From contig JAGWMQ010000002.1 in NCBI GenBank assembly GCA_028873125.1, forward strand, positions 15,124-79,123: 64,000 nucleotides of DNA. The letters are read 5' to 3'. Shown piece by piece: positions 19,170-28,855 of this stretch. Both the position numbers and the translations under genes were made by a program. How positions within the stretch are numbered: the stretch's first letter is position 1; each line of letters starts with the position of its first letter. The notes beneath the pieces were generated by a model that ran no database searches, was not told the DNA's origin, and worked only from the letters and a program-made list of their open reading frames with translations. Source of the stretch: Verrucomicrobiota bacterium. GTDB taxonomy: Bacteria > Verrucomicrobiota > Verrucomicrobiia > Limisphaerales > UBA11358.

Positions 19170-20003
19170 ATGTTGCTGTCGCGCCAACGCAGGGTGTTGC
19201 CGGGCTTTCGTCTGACGCTCGGTTTCTCGCTCTTTTACCTGGGGCTCATCGTGCTCATCCCGCTGGTGGCGGTGTTCGCCAAGACGGGCGCGCTGACCTG
19301 GGAGCGCTTCTGGCACGCCGCCGCGTCGCCCGTCGCCCTGGGCGCCTATCGCCTGAGCTTTGGGGTGTCGTTTCTGGCCGCGCTGGTCAACGCCGTCTTT
19401 GGCCTGCTCGTGGCGTGGGTCCTGGTGCGCTACCGGTTTTGGGGCCGGCGGCTCATGGACGCGCTGGTGGATTTGCCATTTGCGCTGCCCACGGCGGTGG
19501 CGGGCGTCACCCTGGCGGCCCTCTACGCGCCTAACGGATGGATCGGCGAATGGCTCGCGCCCTACGGCCTTAAAATTTCCTACACCCGGCTGGGCGTGTT
19601 CGTGGCCCTCACCTTCATCGGGCTGCCGTTCGTCGTCCGCACCGTGCAACCGGTGATCGAGGCCCTGGACCTGGAAGTCGAGGAAGCGGCCGCCACCTTG
19701 GGCGCGAACCGTTTCCAAACCTTCCGCCGCGTCATCCTGCCGGCGCTGTTTCCGGCGCTGCTGACCGGCTTCGCGCTGGCGTTCGCGCGCGCGCTGGGTG
19801 AATATGGTTCGGTGGTTTTCATTTCCAGCAACCTCCCGCTCCGGACGCAAATCGTGCCGGTGCTCATCATGTCCAAGCTCGAACAATTTGATTACGCCGG
19901 CGCGGCCGCGCTGGCGGCGGTCATGCTCGTCGTTTCCTTCCTGCTGCTGCTGGCCATTAACGGGCTGCAATGGCGGACGGCGCGTCATCACCAGCAAACC
20001 TGA
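19170..20003 (+). CDS. cysT: Sulfate ABC transporter permease CysT
   Basis: Six-TM permease with an EAA-like loop ([24 protein letters not shown]), located in the sulfate operon. Confidence 0.85.
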   Translation: MLLSRQRRVLPGFRLTLGFSLFYLGLIVLIPLVAVFAKTGALTWERFWHAAASPVALGAYRLSFGVSFLAALVNAVFGLLVAWVLVRYRFWGRRLMDALVDLPFALPTAVAGVTLAALYAPNGWIGEWLAPYGLKISYTRLGVFVALTFIGLPFVVRTVQPVIEALDLEVEEAAATLGANRFQTFRRVILPALFPALLTGFALAFARALGEYGSVVFISSNLPLRTQIVPVLIMSKLEQFDYAGAAALAAVMLVVSFLLLLAINGLQWRTARHHQQT

Positions 20004-20055
20004 TCCCCGCCATGCTAACCTTTTTCGTTCCATCAAAGCGTTGCCGCGTTGGAGC

Positions 20056-20997
20056 ATGGAGACGGCAAACGCCAGCGGACTTCAGCGTTGCCCCACTTCA
20101 ACGCTTCAACCCTTCCGTGAATCCTTGAACGTGCCCGCCCTTGCTCCATTCGACGCCGTCAAAAACCTCGGTCGCCATCGGCCGACGACCGAACCGGCGT
20201 TGGTGCGCTGGCTGTTGATCGTCCTGGCCCTGTTGTTTTTGGCCTTGTTTCTGGTCCTCCCGCTCCTGTCGGTTTTTGTCCAGGCCCTTTCCAAAGGCCT
20301 CGGCTTTTACGTGCGCACCCTGGACGATCCGCTCACCTGGAGCGCCATCAAATTGACGCTCATCGCCGCCGGCATTTCGGTGCCCATGAATTGCCTGTTC
20401 GGTGTGGCGGCCGCCTGGGCGATTGCCAAGTTCGATTTTGCCGGCAAACAGGTTTTGACCGCGCTGATAGACCTGCCGTTTTCCATTTCCCCGGTGATCT
20501 CGGGTTTTGCCTACGTCCTGGTGTTCGGCGCGCAAGGCTGGCTCGGTCCGTGGCTGGCGGCGCGCGGCATCCAGATTATCTTCGCCGTGCCCGGCATTGT
20601 GCTGGTGACCGTCTTCGTCACCTTCCCGTTCGTCGCCCGCGAATTGATCCCCCTCATGCAGTCGCAGGGCCGCGCCGAGGAGGAGGCGGCGCGCACGCTG
20701 GGGGCGCGGGGCGGGCAGATGTTCTGGCGCATCACGCTGCCCAACATCAAGTGGGGCCTGCTCTACGGCGTCATTTTGTGCAACGCGCGCGCCATGGGCG
20801 AGTTCGGCGCCGTCTCGGTCGTCAGCGGCCATATCGCCGGACGGACCGACACCCTGCCGCTGCACGTCGAGTTCCTCTACAACGGCTACGACCTGACCGG
20901 GGCGTTTGCGGTGGCCTCCATGCTGACGTTGCTGGCCCTGGTCACCCTGGCGTTGAAGGCCTGGATCGAGCGCAAGGAATCCTCGCTGAAACTGTGA
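20056..20997 (+). CDS. cysW: Sulfate ABC transporter permease CysW
   Basis: Permease with [26 protein letters not shown]. The start is set at the first ATG after the cysT stop, so the exact start is uncertain. Confidence 0.8.
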   Translation: METANASGLQRCPTSTLQPFRESLNVPALAPFDAVKNLGRHRPTTEPALVRWLLIVLALLFLALFLVLPLLSVFVQALSKGLGFYVRTLDDPLTWSAIKLTLIAAGISVPMNCLFGVAAAWAIAKFDFAGKQVLTALIDLPFSISPVISGFAYVLVFGAQGWLGPWLAARGIQIIFAVPGIVLVTVFVTFPFVARELIPLMQSQGRAEEEAARTLGARGGQMFWRITLPNIKWGLLYGVILCNARAMGEFGAVSVVSGHIAGRTDTLPLHVEFLYNGYDLTGAFAVASMLTLLALVTLALKAWIERKESSLKL

Positions 20998-21004
20998 ACA
21001 AGGC

Positions 21005-22081
21005 ATGAGCGTCGAAGTCCGCAACCTGACCAAGCAATTCGGCCGGTTTCCCGCGCTGCACGGCGTGAGCCTCAAGGTCGAGTCCGGCGAACTGGTCGCG
21101 CTGCTGGGCCCGTCGGGTTCGGGCAAGACCACCCTGTTGCGCATCATCGGCGGGCTAGAATTCCCCGACTCGCCCGATTCGCGCGTGTTCTTTTACGGCG
21201 AGGAGGTGACCCATGTGCCGGCGCACAAGCGCCGCGCCGGCTTCGCGTTCCAGCATTACGCCCTGTTCCGCCACCTGAACGTCTTTGAGAACATCGCCTT
21301 CGGCCTGCGCGTCCTCCCGTTCTGGTCGCGCCCGAAGGAATCGGTAATCCGGGCGCGCGTGGAAAAGCTGCTCAAGCTCATCCAACTGGAAACCTTCGGC
21401 AACCGTTTCCCCTCCCAGCTCTCGGGCGGGCAGCGCCAGCGCGTCGCCCTGGCCCGCGCCCTGGCCGTCGAACCCCGGGTCCTGCTGCTGGACGAACCGT
21501 TCGGCGCGCTCGACGCCAAGGTGCGCAAGGAACTGCGCCAGTGGCTGCGCCGGCTGCACCAGGAGATCCACGTCACCACGCTGTTCGTGACCCACGACCA
21601 GGAGGAGGCGCTGGAAGTGTCCGACCGCGTGGCCATTCTGCGCGAGGGGCGCATCGAGCAGGTGGGCACGCCGCAGGAGATCTACGATCATCCGGCGACG
21701 CCGTTCGTTTATGATTTTCTGGGCCACGTAAACGTTTTCGCCGGACGTGTGCGGGACGGCGCGGTGGAAATCGGCGAGGGCAGATTTGCCGCTCCGGCCA
21801 CCGCGGGCCAGACGGCGGCGGCGGCGTCGGCGTTTGTGCGGCCGCACGACATCCGGGTGACGCGCCAACCGGGCGGCCCGGCGGCCTTCGCCGCCCGGCT
21901 CAAGCATTGCCACGCCGTCGGCCCGTTCGCGCGTCTTGAACTGGAGCGGCTCGACACCCGCGAATCGTTCACGGTGCAGTTGAGCCAGGAACAGTTTCAG
22001 ACGCTGCAGCCCCGGCCGGACGAGACGGTGTTCGTGGAATTAAAAAACGTGAAGGTTTTCCCGGAAGACTATTCAATTTGA
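21005..22081 (+). CDS. cysA: Sulfate ABC transporter ATP-binding protein CysA
   Basis: Has Walker [10 protein letters not shown], the signature [15 protein letters not shown], Walker B LLLDEPF, and a C-terminal regulatory (TOBE-like) domain. Confidence 0.9.
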   Translation: MSVEVRNLTKQFGRFPALHGVSLKVESGELVALLGPSGSGKTTLLRIIGGLEFPDSPDSRVFFYGEEVTHVPAHKRRAGFAFQHYALFRHLNVFENIAFGLRVLPFWSRPKESVIRARVEKLLKLIQLETFGNRFPSQLSGGQRQRVALARALAVEPRVLLLDEPFGALDAKVRKELRQWLRRLHQEIHVTTLFVTHDQEEALEVSDRVAILREGRIEQVGTPQEIYDHPATPFVYDFLGHVNVFAGRVRDGAVEIGEGRFAAPATAGQTAAAASAFVRPHDIRVTRQPGGPAAFAARLKHCHAVGPFARLELERLDTRESFTVQLSQEQFQTLQPRPDETVFVELKNVKVFPEDYSI

Positions 22082-22139
22082 ACCGCTGCAAGAATCGCAA
22101 CAAGGACATCGCAAACGGGAGCGCTTTGTCCCATCCCGG

Positions 22140-22985
22140 TCAAAGCACGATGCCCCGTTTGGGCAGAACCTTCACCGTGTAGCGTCCGGCCCTGGATTTC
22201 AATTCCGTTCTCGCGGAAAAGGCCAGCGACAAATTCCGGGCGGTCAGCGCGGCGGCTTTTTCGCCGGCGGCCAGGACCGTTCCGCGTTTCAGAATCAGCA
22301 CGTGCGAAAAGACCGGCATGATTTCTTCCACGTGATGGGTCACCAGCACCAGCGTCGGCGCCCGCCGGTTCTTGCCGAGCCGCTGCACGAACTGCAGGAA
22401 GTGCTCGCGCGCGGCGGGGTCCAGTCCCGCGCACGGTTCGTCCAGGATCAGCACCCGGGGCCGGGCCATCAGAGCCCGCCCAATCAACACCCGCTGGCGT
22501 TCGCCTTGGGAGAGCACACGCCACGGACGTTCCGCCAGCGGCGCGCACTCGATCTGCCGGAGAATGCGCAGCGCGCGGTTCTTGTCCGTCGGCGACAGGC
22601 GCCCCCAAAAATCAATCATCGCCCACCGCCCGCTGGCGACGGTTTCAAGCGCCGGCTCGTCATCGGCCATCATCTGCCGCACCGCCGAGCTGACCAGGCC
22701 GATCTGCTTGCGCAGTTCGCGCCAATCGGCGTGGCCGTAAATTTTTCCAAGCAGCAAGATGTCCCCCGCCGTCGGCGTCAGGTAACCGGTGAGCGCGCTC
22801 AACAGGGACGTTTTGCCCGAACCGTTGGCGCCCAGGATCACCCAATGCTGTCCGCGCCCGACCCGCCAGTTCACACCGTCGAGAATGATCGTGCCGCCGC
22901 GCTCGATCCGCAGGTCTGAAACTTGGAGAATGGAGGCCGTGTTCAATGCGCGATGACCGTAGCCCACGGGACGGACAATTGCCAT
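22140..22985 (-). CDS. ABC transporter ATP-binding protein (orphan, ModF/YlmA-like)
   Basis: Has Walker A GANGSGKTSLL, the signature LSQGERQRVLIGRAL and Walker B LILDEPCAGLD. No adjacent permease is present. Confidence 0.75.
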   Translation of the reverse strand: MAIVRPVGYGHRALNTASILQVSDLRIERGGTIILDGVNWRVGRGQHWVILGANGSGKTSLLSALTGYLTPTAGDILLLGKIYGHADWRELRKQIGLVSSAVRQMMADDEPALETVASGRWAMIDFWGRLSPTDKNRALRILRQIECAPLAERPWRVLSQGERQRVLIGRALMARPRVLILDEPCAGLDPAAREHFLQFVQRLGKNRRAPTLVLVTHHVEEIMPVFSHVLILKRGTVLAAGEKAAALTARNLSLAFSARTELKSRAGRYTVKVLPKRGIVL

Positions 22986-23075
22986 CCGGGAATCGGTTCC
23001 CGGTGGAATCTCCGCCGCCTTGGCAGGACATCAGCCGCATACCCGATGACACAGAGCGGCTGGCTCACCGCCAGG

Positions 23076-24482
23076 TCAAGCCTCGCCGGCCCCTTTCCCG
23101 GCCACCGCCCGGCGGTGGCGTCGTCGGGCCATTCGCGGATGCGGCCGGGCTTTGCGGCCGGGGATGTTTCGCAGCACCCTGCCGAGCCGCCGGATGCCTT
23201 CGCGGATGTTTTCCTCGCTGGCGCTGCCGAAGCTCAGGCGCATTTCGTGGTCCGGTTTCGCCCGCGCCGGCTCGTCGGCGTAACACAGTTGACCGGGCAC
23301 GTAGAGCACGCCGTTGGTCAGCGCGGTTTGGAACACCTTCGATTTGACGCCGGTCGGATTGTCTTCCGGCAGCCGCGCCCAGAAGTAAAGGCCGCCGCCG
23401 GATTCCCAGATTTCCACGTCCGACGGGAAGCACTCGGCGAGCGCCTGCTTCATCACGCGCGCCTTTTGCGCGTAGCGTCTCTGGATTTTGGCGACATGCC
23501 GGTCGTAAAGTCCGGTCTCCAAGGCGCGGGCCAGAAGCTGTTGCAGCAAGTTCGCCGTGCCGAAATCGTGATTGCCCTTGATGCGCTGGACCGTCGCGAA
23601 AAGCGGCTCGGGCAAAATGCCGAATCCGACGCGCGCGCCGGGCGCGAACGGTTTGCTGTAGGTGCCGGTGTAAACCACCCGGTCCGCCGCGCCGCGGACC
23701 AGGAGTGAGGACGGAACGTCCGCGCCCGCGAATCGAAGCTCGCGATAGGCGGCGTCTTCCAGCAGAAAAATCGGATGGCCGGCGGCGCGCCCGAATTTCC
23801 TTAACAACTCCAGGATGCCCGCCTTTTTGGCGAAGGAGGTCGTAACCCCCGTGGGATTTTGAAAGTAGCTCACCAGGTACAAGGCCTTGACGCGGTCCAG
23901 TTCGCCGGATTTGCACAGCCGTTCCAGGACGGATTCGAGATGGAGCAAATCCAATCCGTCGCGTTCGAGTTTCACGCCGCGGGCGCGAACGCCGTGGCTT
24001 TGGAGGAGCCCCAGGAAAACAAAATAGGTCGGGTCCTCCACCAGCACGATGTCGCCCGGGTCGCACAACGCCTCCACGGTCATGTACAGCAACTGTTGCG
24101 AGCCGCCGGTGATCATCAGGCGTTCGGGCGAATGAATCTCGTCCCATCGGGCCATCGTCCCGGTCTTCACATTTTTCCCGCCCGACGGGGGCAGGGCCGC
24201 TTGCCCGTCCAGCTTCGTAAGGTGCCCGCCCGTCAGCCGGCGCAGATTGAGTTCACCGGGCGTCAGGCCGTATTGGAGGGCGGGCTGGGCGGATTTGGGC
24301 GAACGCAACAGGTCGTTCAGCAGCCGGCGCGACAAGGCGGCGGGCAGCGACGGATTGTCGGTGAACCCGGCGGCGAGCGAAATGAAGCCGGGCCGGGCGA
24401 GCGCGGCGCGCATGAGCCAGGAGATCGGCGGTTCGGCGATGCGCCGGCCCAACGCCGACAGAGCGTGCGGTTTCATTGCCAC
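23076..24482 (-). CDS. PLP-dependent aminotransferase, class I/II (2-aminoadipate/aromatic aminotransferase-like)
   Basis: Has ISLAAGFTDNP at the N-terminus and the PLP-lysine context YSKPFAPGARVGF. Confidence 0.7.
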   Translation of the reverse strand: MAMKPHALSALGRRIAEPPISWLMRAALARPGFISLAAGFTDNPSLPAALSRRLLNDLLRSPKSAQPALQYGLTPGELNLRRLTGGHLTKLDGQAALPPSGGKNVKTGTMARWDEIHSPERLMITGGSQQLLYMTVEALCDPGDIVLVEDPTYFVFLGLLQSHGVRARGVKLERDGLDLLHLESVLERLCKSGELDRVKALYLVSYFQNPTGVTTSFAKKAGILELLRKFGRAAGHPIFLLEDAAYRELRFAGADVPSSLLVRGAADRVVYTGTYSKPFAPGARVGFGILPEPLFATVQRIKGNHDFGTANLLQQLLARALETGLYDRHVAKIQRRYAQKARVMKQALAECFPSDVEIWESGGGLYFWARLPEDNPTGVKSKVFQTALTNGVLYVPGQLCYADEPARAKPDHEMRLSFGSASEENIREGIRRLGRVLRNIPGRKARPHPRMARRRHRRAVAGKGAGEA

Positions 24483-24551
24483 AACTCATCCTAATCAAAG
24501 TCGCGGCATCAATCCACGGCAATTTTCTGCGGGCAACGGGTTTGCCAAAGC

Positions 24552-25697
<1,146 letters not shown>

Positions 25698-25821
25698 CAG
25701 GCGGAGGCTAAATCAAAGCGGCCGGTGTGGAGACCAAAAAATGGCCGCCCAGGCGCAGGACTGCGATGAAAAAACTCAGCGGCCGGAATCCCGGCCTCTC
25801 CGGCGCTCGACGGCCCACCCA

Positions 25822-26373
25822 TCACGGGTCGAACACCTCCGCCAGGGAGAGGTCCACCAGCAGATCGGTGGCGATTTTTTCCAGTTCGTCCTTCAACCCG
25901 GCGAGGTCGCAGCGTTCGGGCAATTGCAGGCTGGCGACGGCCTTGAACAACGTCTCGCCGGACATCGGGGCGCTGGTGACTTCGCTGGAAAATTCCTCGA
26001 CGTTCACGCCGGCGCGGGCCAGGGCCGCGGAGAGTTCGCGCACGATGCCCGGACGGTCGTGGCCCATCACTTCCAATTTCGCCTGCCGCGGCCGGGCCGC
26101 GGCCGTCGGCGGCTCGTCGGAGCGGACAACGACCTGGAGACCGGAGATTTTCTGGAGGGCGTCCAGCAGCGCCGCCTTTTCCGCCGCCGGAACTTCAATC
26201 CGCAAAATGCCGGCGAACTCGCCGCCCAGCCGGCACATCCGGCTCTCGAGCCAGTTGCCGCCACGGCCGGCCACCGCGCGCGCCACCCGTTCCACCAGGC
26301 CGGTCTGGTCCGGGCCGAGGAGGGTCATCACCAGCGGCACGGGCTTGTTGGAGTCTGTCGGACGCGTGTCCAT
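25822..26373 (-). CDS. GcvR-like tandem ACT-domain protein
   Basis: Has two ACT repeats: LLGPDQTGLVERVARAV and VMGHDRPGIVRELSAAL. It is about 184 aa counted from the ATG at 26373. Confidence 0.65.
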   Translation of the reverse strand: MDTRPTDSNKPVPLVMTLLGPDQTGLVERVARAVAGRGGNWLESRMCRLGGEFAGILRIEVPAAEKAALLDALQKISGLQVVVRSDEPPTAAARPRQAKLEVMGHDRPGIVRELSAALARAGVNVEEFSSEVTSAPMSGETLFKAVASLQLPERCDLAGLKDELEKIATDLLVDLSLAEVFDP

Positions 26374-26402
26374 CCGGGGCAACAGTTTCGCCGCTTTGAA
26401 GT

Positions 26403-26918
26403 TTATTTCAATCCCCGATTGCGCGCCGGCATCAGGCCGAAATGCAGCGCCAGCCAGACGGGCGCGGCAAAAATCACGATGGCCGCCAGCCGTTCCCAGG
26501 TCCACGGCAAATAATGGGCCTGGATGGGAAAGATGGTGATCATGAAATAATTGGCGAAGCGGGTGTGGCCGATGAAGCTCAGGCGGCGGGGGAATTTTCT
26601 GCGGAAGCCGCTCCAGAGCGCCACCGTGCCCAGCGCCATCACCAGCAGGGTCACCAACAGGTTGACCGGCAGCATGGCGTTCCACTCCAGGGCCGGCCGG
26701 TGGCCGTCTTGCCGCACGCAATAGGGCGCCAGCCATTGCGCGGCCGCCCATAGAAAACTGAAGCCGGTCTGGATGGCCGTCCGGAAATTGGCCTTGCTGG
26801 ACGTCATTTCATTCAGCAACAGGCCGAAATAGAGCGGCACGATGCCCCAAACCAGCGCGACGTGCTCGAACGGAGTCGCAATCAATCCGACGAAAACGGC
26901 CCAGTAGTGTTGCACCAT
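26403..26918 (-). CDS. Hypothetical integral membrane protein
   Basis: Has four to five hydrophobic helices (for example WAVFVGLIATPF and LLVTLLVMALGTVALW). No family was recognised. Confidence 0.45.
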   Translation of the reverse strand: MVQHYWAVFVGLIATPFEHVALVWGIVPLYFGLLLNEMTSSKANFRTAIQTGFSFLWAAAQWLAPYCVRQDGHRPALEWNAMLPVNLLVTLLVMALGTVALWSGFRRKFPRRLSFIGHTRFANYFMITIFPIQAHYLPWTWERLAAIVIFAAPVWLALHFGLMPARNRGLK

Positions 26919-27012
26919 GTTGCGGACGAACGTTGTAGTTCCAGGTTGCCGGACGGGCGGCGGACTGCGCGGGGGTTTTGGTGGTCGGTAATCTCCGGCG
27001 CGCAATACCGGA

Positions 27013-27744
27013 TTACTTCACCGCCGCCCACACGCGGTGGACGTCGTCGTGGTCGTCGAGCGCCTGAAGAAATTCCCCCACCTCGGCGCGCTGGGTGTCG
27101 GTGAGTTCCGGGAAGTTTTTCGGGACGTAGCCCGGTTCGCTGGTCACCACCGTCCAGCCGTGCTGCGACAACCACCTGGAAACGGCGTGGACGGCGGCGG
27201 AGGCGCAGATGAACCGCGCGCCGGCCGCGCCCTCGGGAATGTCGTCGTTCTGCTCGCGGGTCAGCGCCTCCACTTCGGTCGCGCCCGCTTCAATCGCCGC
27301 CGCCTCGCGGTCAATGTTCCCGTCGGGATGATGGGCCTCGACGAGGCCGACGCGGTCGAACAAAAACTTGTTGCTGCCCGCGGTGCCGAGCTGGCCCCGC
27401 TTGAACAGCACCCGGATTTCCGGGGCGGTGCGGTTCACGTTGTCGGTATAGACTTCCACAACGACCGGCACCTTGTGCGGCGCGTAGCCCTCGAAGATGG
27501 CGTGCTCCATGACCAGCTTTTCGCCGCCGGTCCCCGCGCCTTTCTTGATGGCCCTTTCGATGACGTCCTTGGAGACACTTTCCTTTTTGGCCTTCTCCAC
27601 GGCGGTTGCCAGCCGCGGATTCATGTCCGCGTCCGGCCCGCCCGTCTTGGCGGCCACGGAAATTTCCCGGACGATTTTGCTGGTGGCGCGGCCTTTTTTC
27701 AGCCCGGCGACCAGACGCTTGGCATGCAACCATTGTCGGCCCAT
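27013..27744 (-). CDS. YebC/PmpR family DNA-binding regulator
   Basis: Has AKTGGPDADMNPRLATAVEKAKKESVSKDVIERAIKKGAG. The start is ATG 27744. Confidence 0.88.
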   Translation of the reverse strand: MGRQWLHAKRLVAGLKKGRATSKIVREISVAAKTGGPDADMNPRLATAVEKAKKESVSKDVIERAIKKGAGTGGEKLVMEHAIFEGYAPHKVPVVVEVYTDNVNRTAPEIRVLFKRGQLGTAGSNKFLFDRVGLVEAHHPDGNIDREAAAIEAGATEVEALTREQNDDIPEGAAGARFICASAAVHAVSRWLSQHGWTVVTSEPGYVPKNFPELTDTQRAEVGEFLQALDDHDDVHRVWAAVK

Positions 27745-27978
27745 GCGGGCAACATAGCAAAATCGCGCCACACAGTTCAACCGCGACCCTGCCGTGATTC
27801 GCCGGGGAGCGCGGATTGCCCTCCGTCCGCAGCGATGGGATGGATCGCTCGTGCCGCGCGTTGAGACAATGCGCGCTCCCGTCCGGCGGCTTTGTGTTCA
27901 GTTGACCTCGACGAACCCGCCCCGCCGGTCGTCAACTGTCTTTGGCCTGGCGCCAGGCGGCTCCGGCGGCGCAACCGA

Positions 27979-28638
27979 TCAGTCCGGCGGCGGTGAACCA
28001 AAATGCGCCGCAAAGGCGGCGTAAGCCGACGCATCATCCAGCATCGCGTCAATCGCGGCCGCGACGGGGCCGGACTTGACCAGACCGGAAAACACCGCGC
28101 GGTCATCAATGTTGCTTTTCAACACGAAAGCCGGACGCTGGGTTACCTGCAAGGCGTGAAATTCCGCCGTCGTCGTCCGCACGCGCCGTTCGATTTCCGA
28201 TGATCGGGCGGTCTTGATCAAAGCGGCGGAATCCAGGTCGGCCGTCTTGGCGGCCACGGACACCGCCACGTCCCAGTCGCCCACGTTTTGTCCCTCGCGC
28301 AAGGCGGCTTCCGTGAGCGCCAGGCGCACGCGGTCATCGGTCACGCCGAAATCCCTTGCCGCCTCCGCCACGCAGTTTGGCGCCAGATATTCCTTCAACC
28401 CTGTCAGCCAGCCGGAATTCAACATGAACGGCGAGCGCATGATGGTGCCGCTGCGCCGGTAGAACCAGTCCGCCTGCGCCCGCGACTTGACCATGCCCGA
28501 CTCGTCGAGCAGGGCGATTTTCCAGCCGAAGGTCACCGGCGAGTGGGCGTAGCGTTGTTTCAATTCCCGCCACGCCGGCTCCGCCCAATAGCACCAGGAG
28601 GAGGTGACGTCGAGGTAGCAGGTAACTTGGACGTTCAT
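27979..28638 (-). CDS. DsbA/FrnE-like thioredoxin-fold protein with degenerate active site
   Basis: Has YLDVTSSWCYWAEPAW, with a single Cys where DsbA-family proteins carry CxxC. Confidence 0.55.
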   Translation of the reverse strand: MNVQVTCYLDVTSSWCYWAEPAWRELKQRYAHSPVTFGWKIALLDESGMVKSRAQADWFYRRSGTIMRSPFMLNSGWLTGLKEYLAPNCVAEAARDFGVTDDRVRLALTEAALREGQNVGDWDVAVSVAAKTADLDSAALIKTARSSEIERRVRTTTAEFHALQVTQRPAFVLKSNIDDRAVFSGLVKSGPVAAAIDAMLDDASAYAAFAAHFGSPPPD

Positions 28639-28829
28639 GGAGGCAAGGTATTCGAGGCACCCGCAAATGACATTCAAAATGTCGTCCACGCCGGGCCGCG
28701 AAAACCTCATTCCACGATACCTTTGCGCGCCAAAGCGTGGGCCTCGTGATGGCGGTCAGAACGTCCGCCATGAATTCCGCCTCCGACTAAACGCGAGTTC
28801 GCCGTGGGGCAGGCTACAGCATGCCGTAT

Positions 28830-28848
28830 CGCAGACAGGCTGTCTGCG
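28830..28848 (-). terminator. Perfect 8-bp stem hairpin 8 nt downstream of the thrS stop (no U-tract)
   Basis: CGCAGACA-GGC-TGTCTGCG. Terminator function is uncertain because no T-run follows on the minus strand. Confidence 0.25.
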
Positions 28849-28855
28849 AACGTCG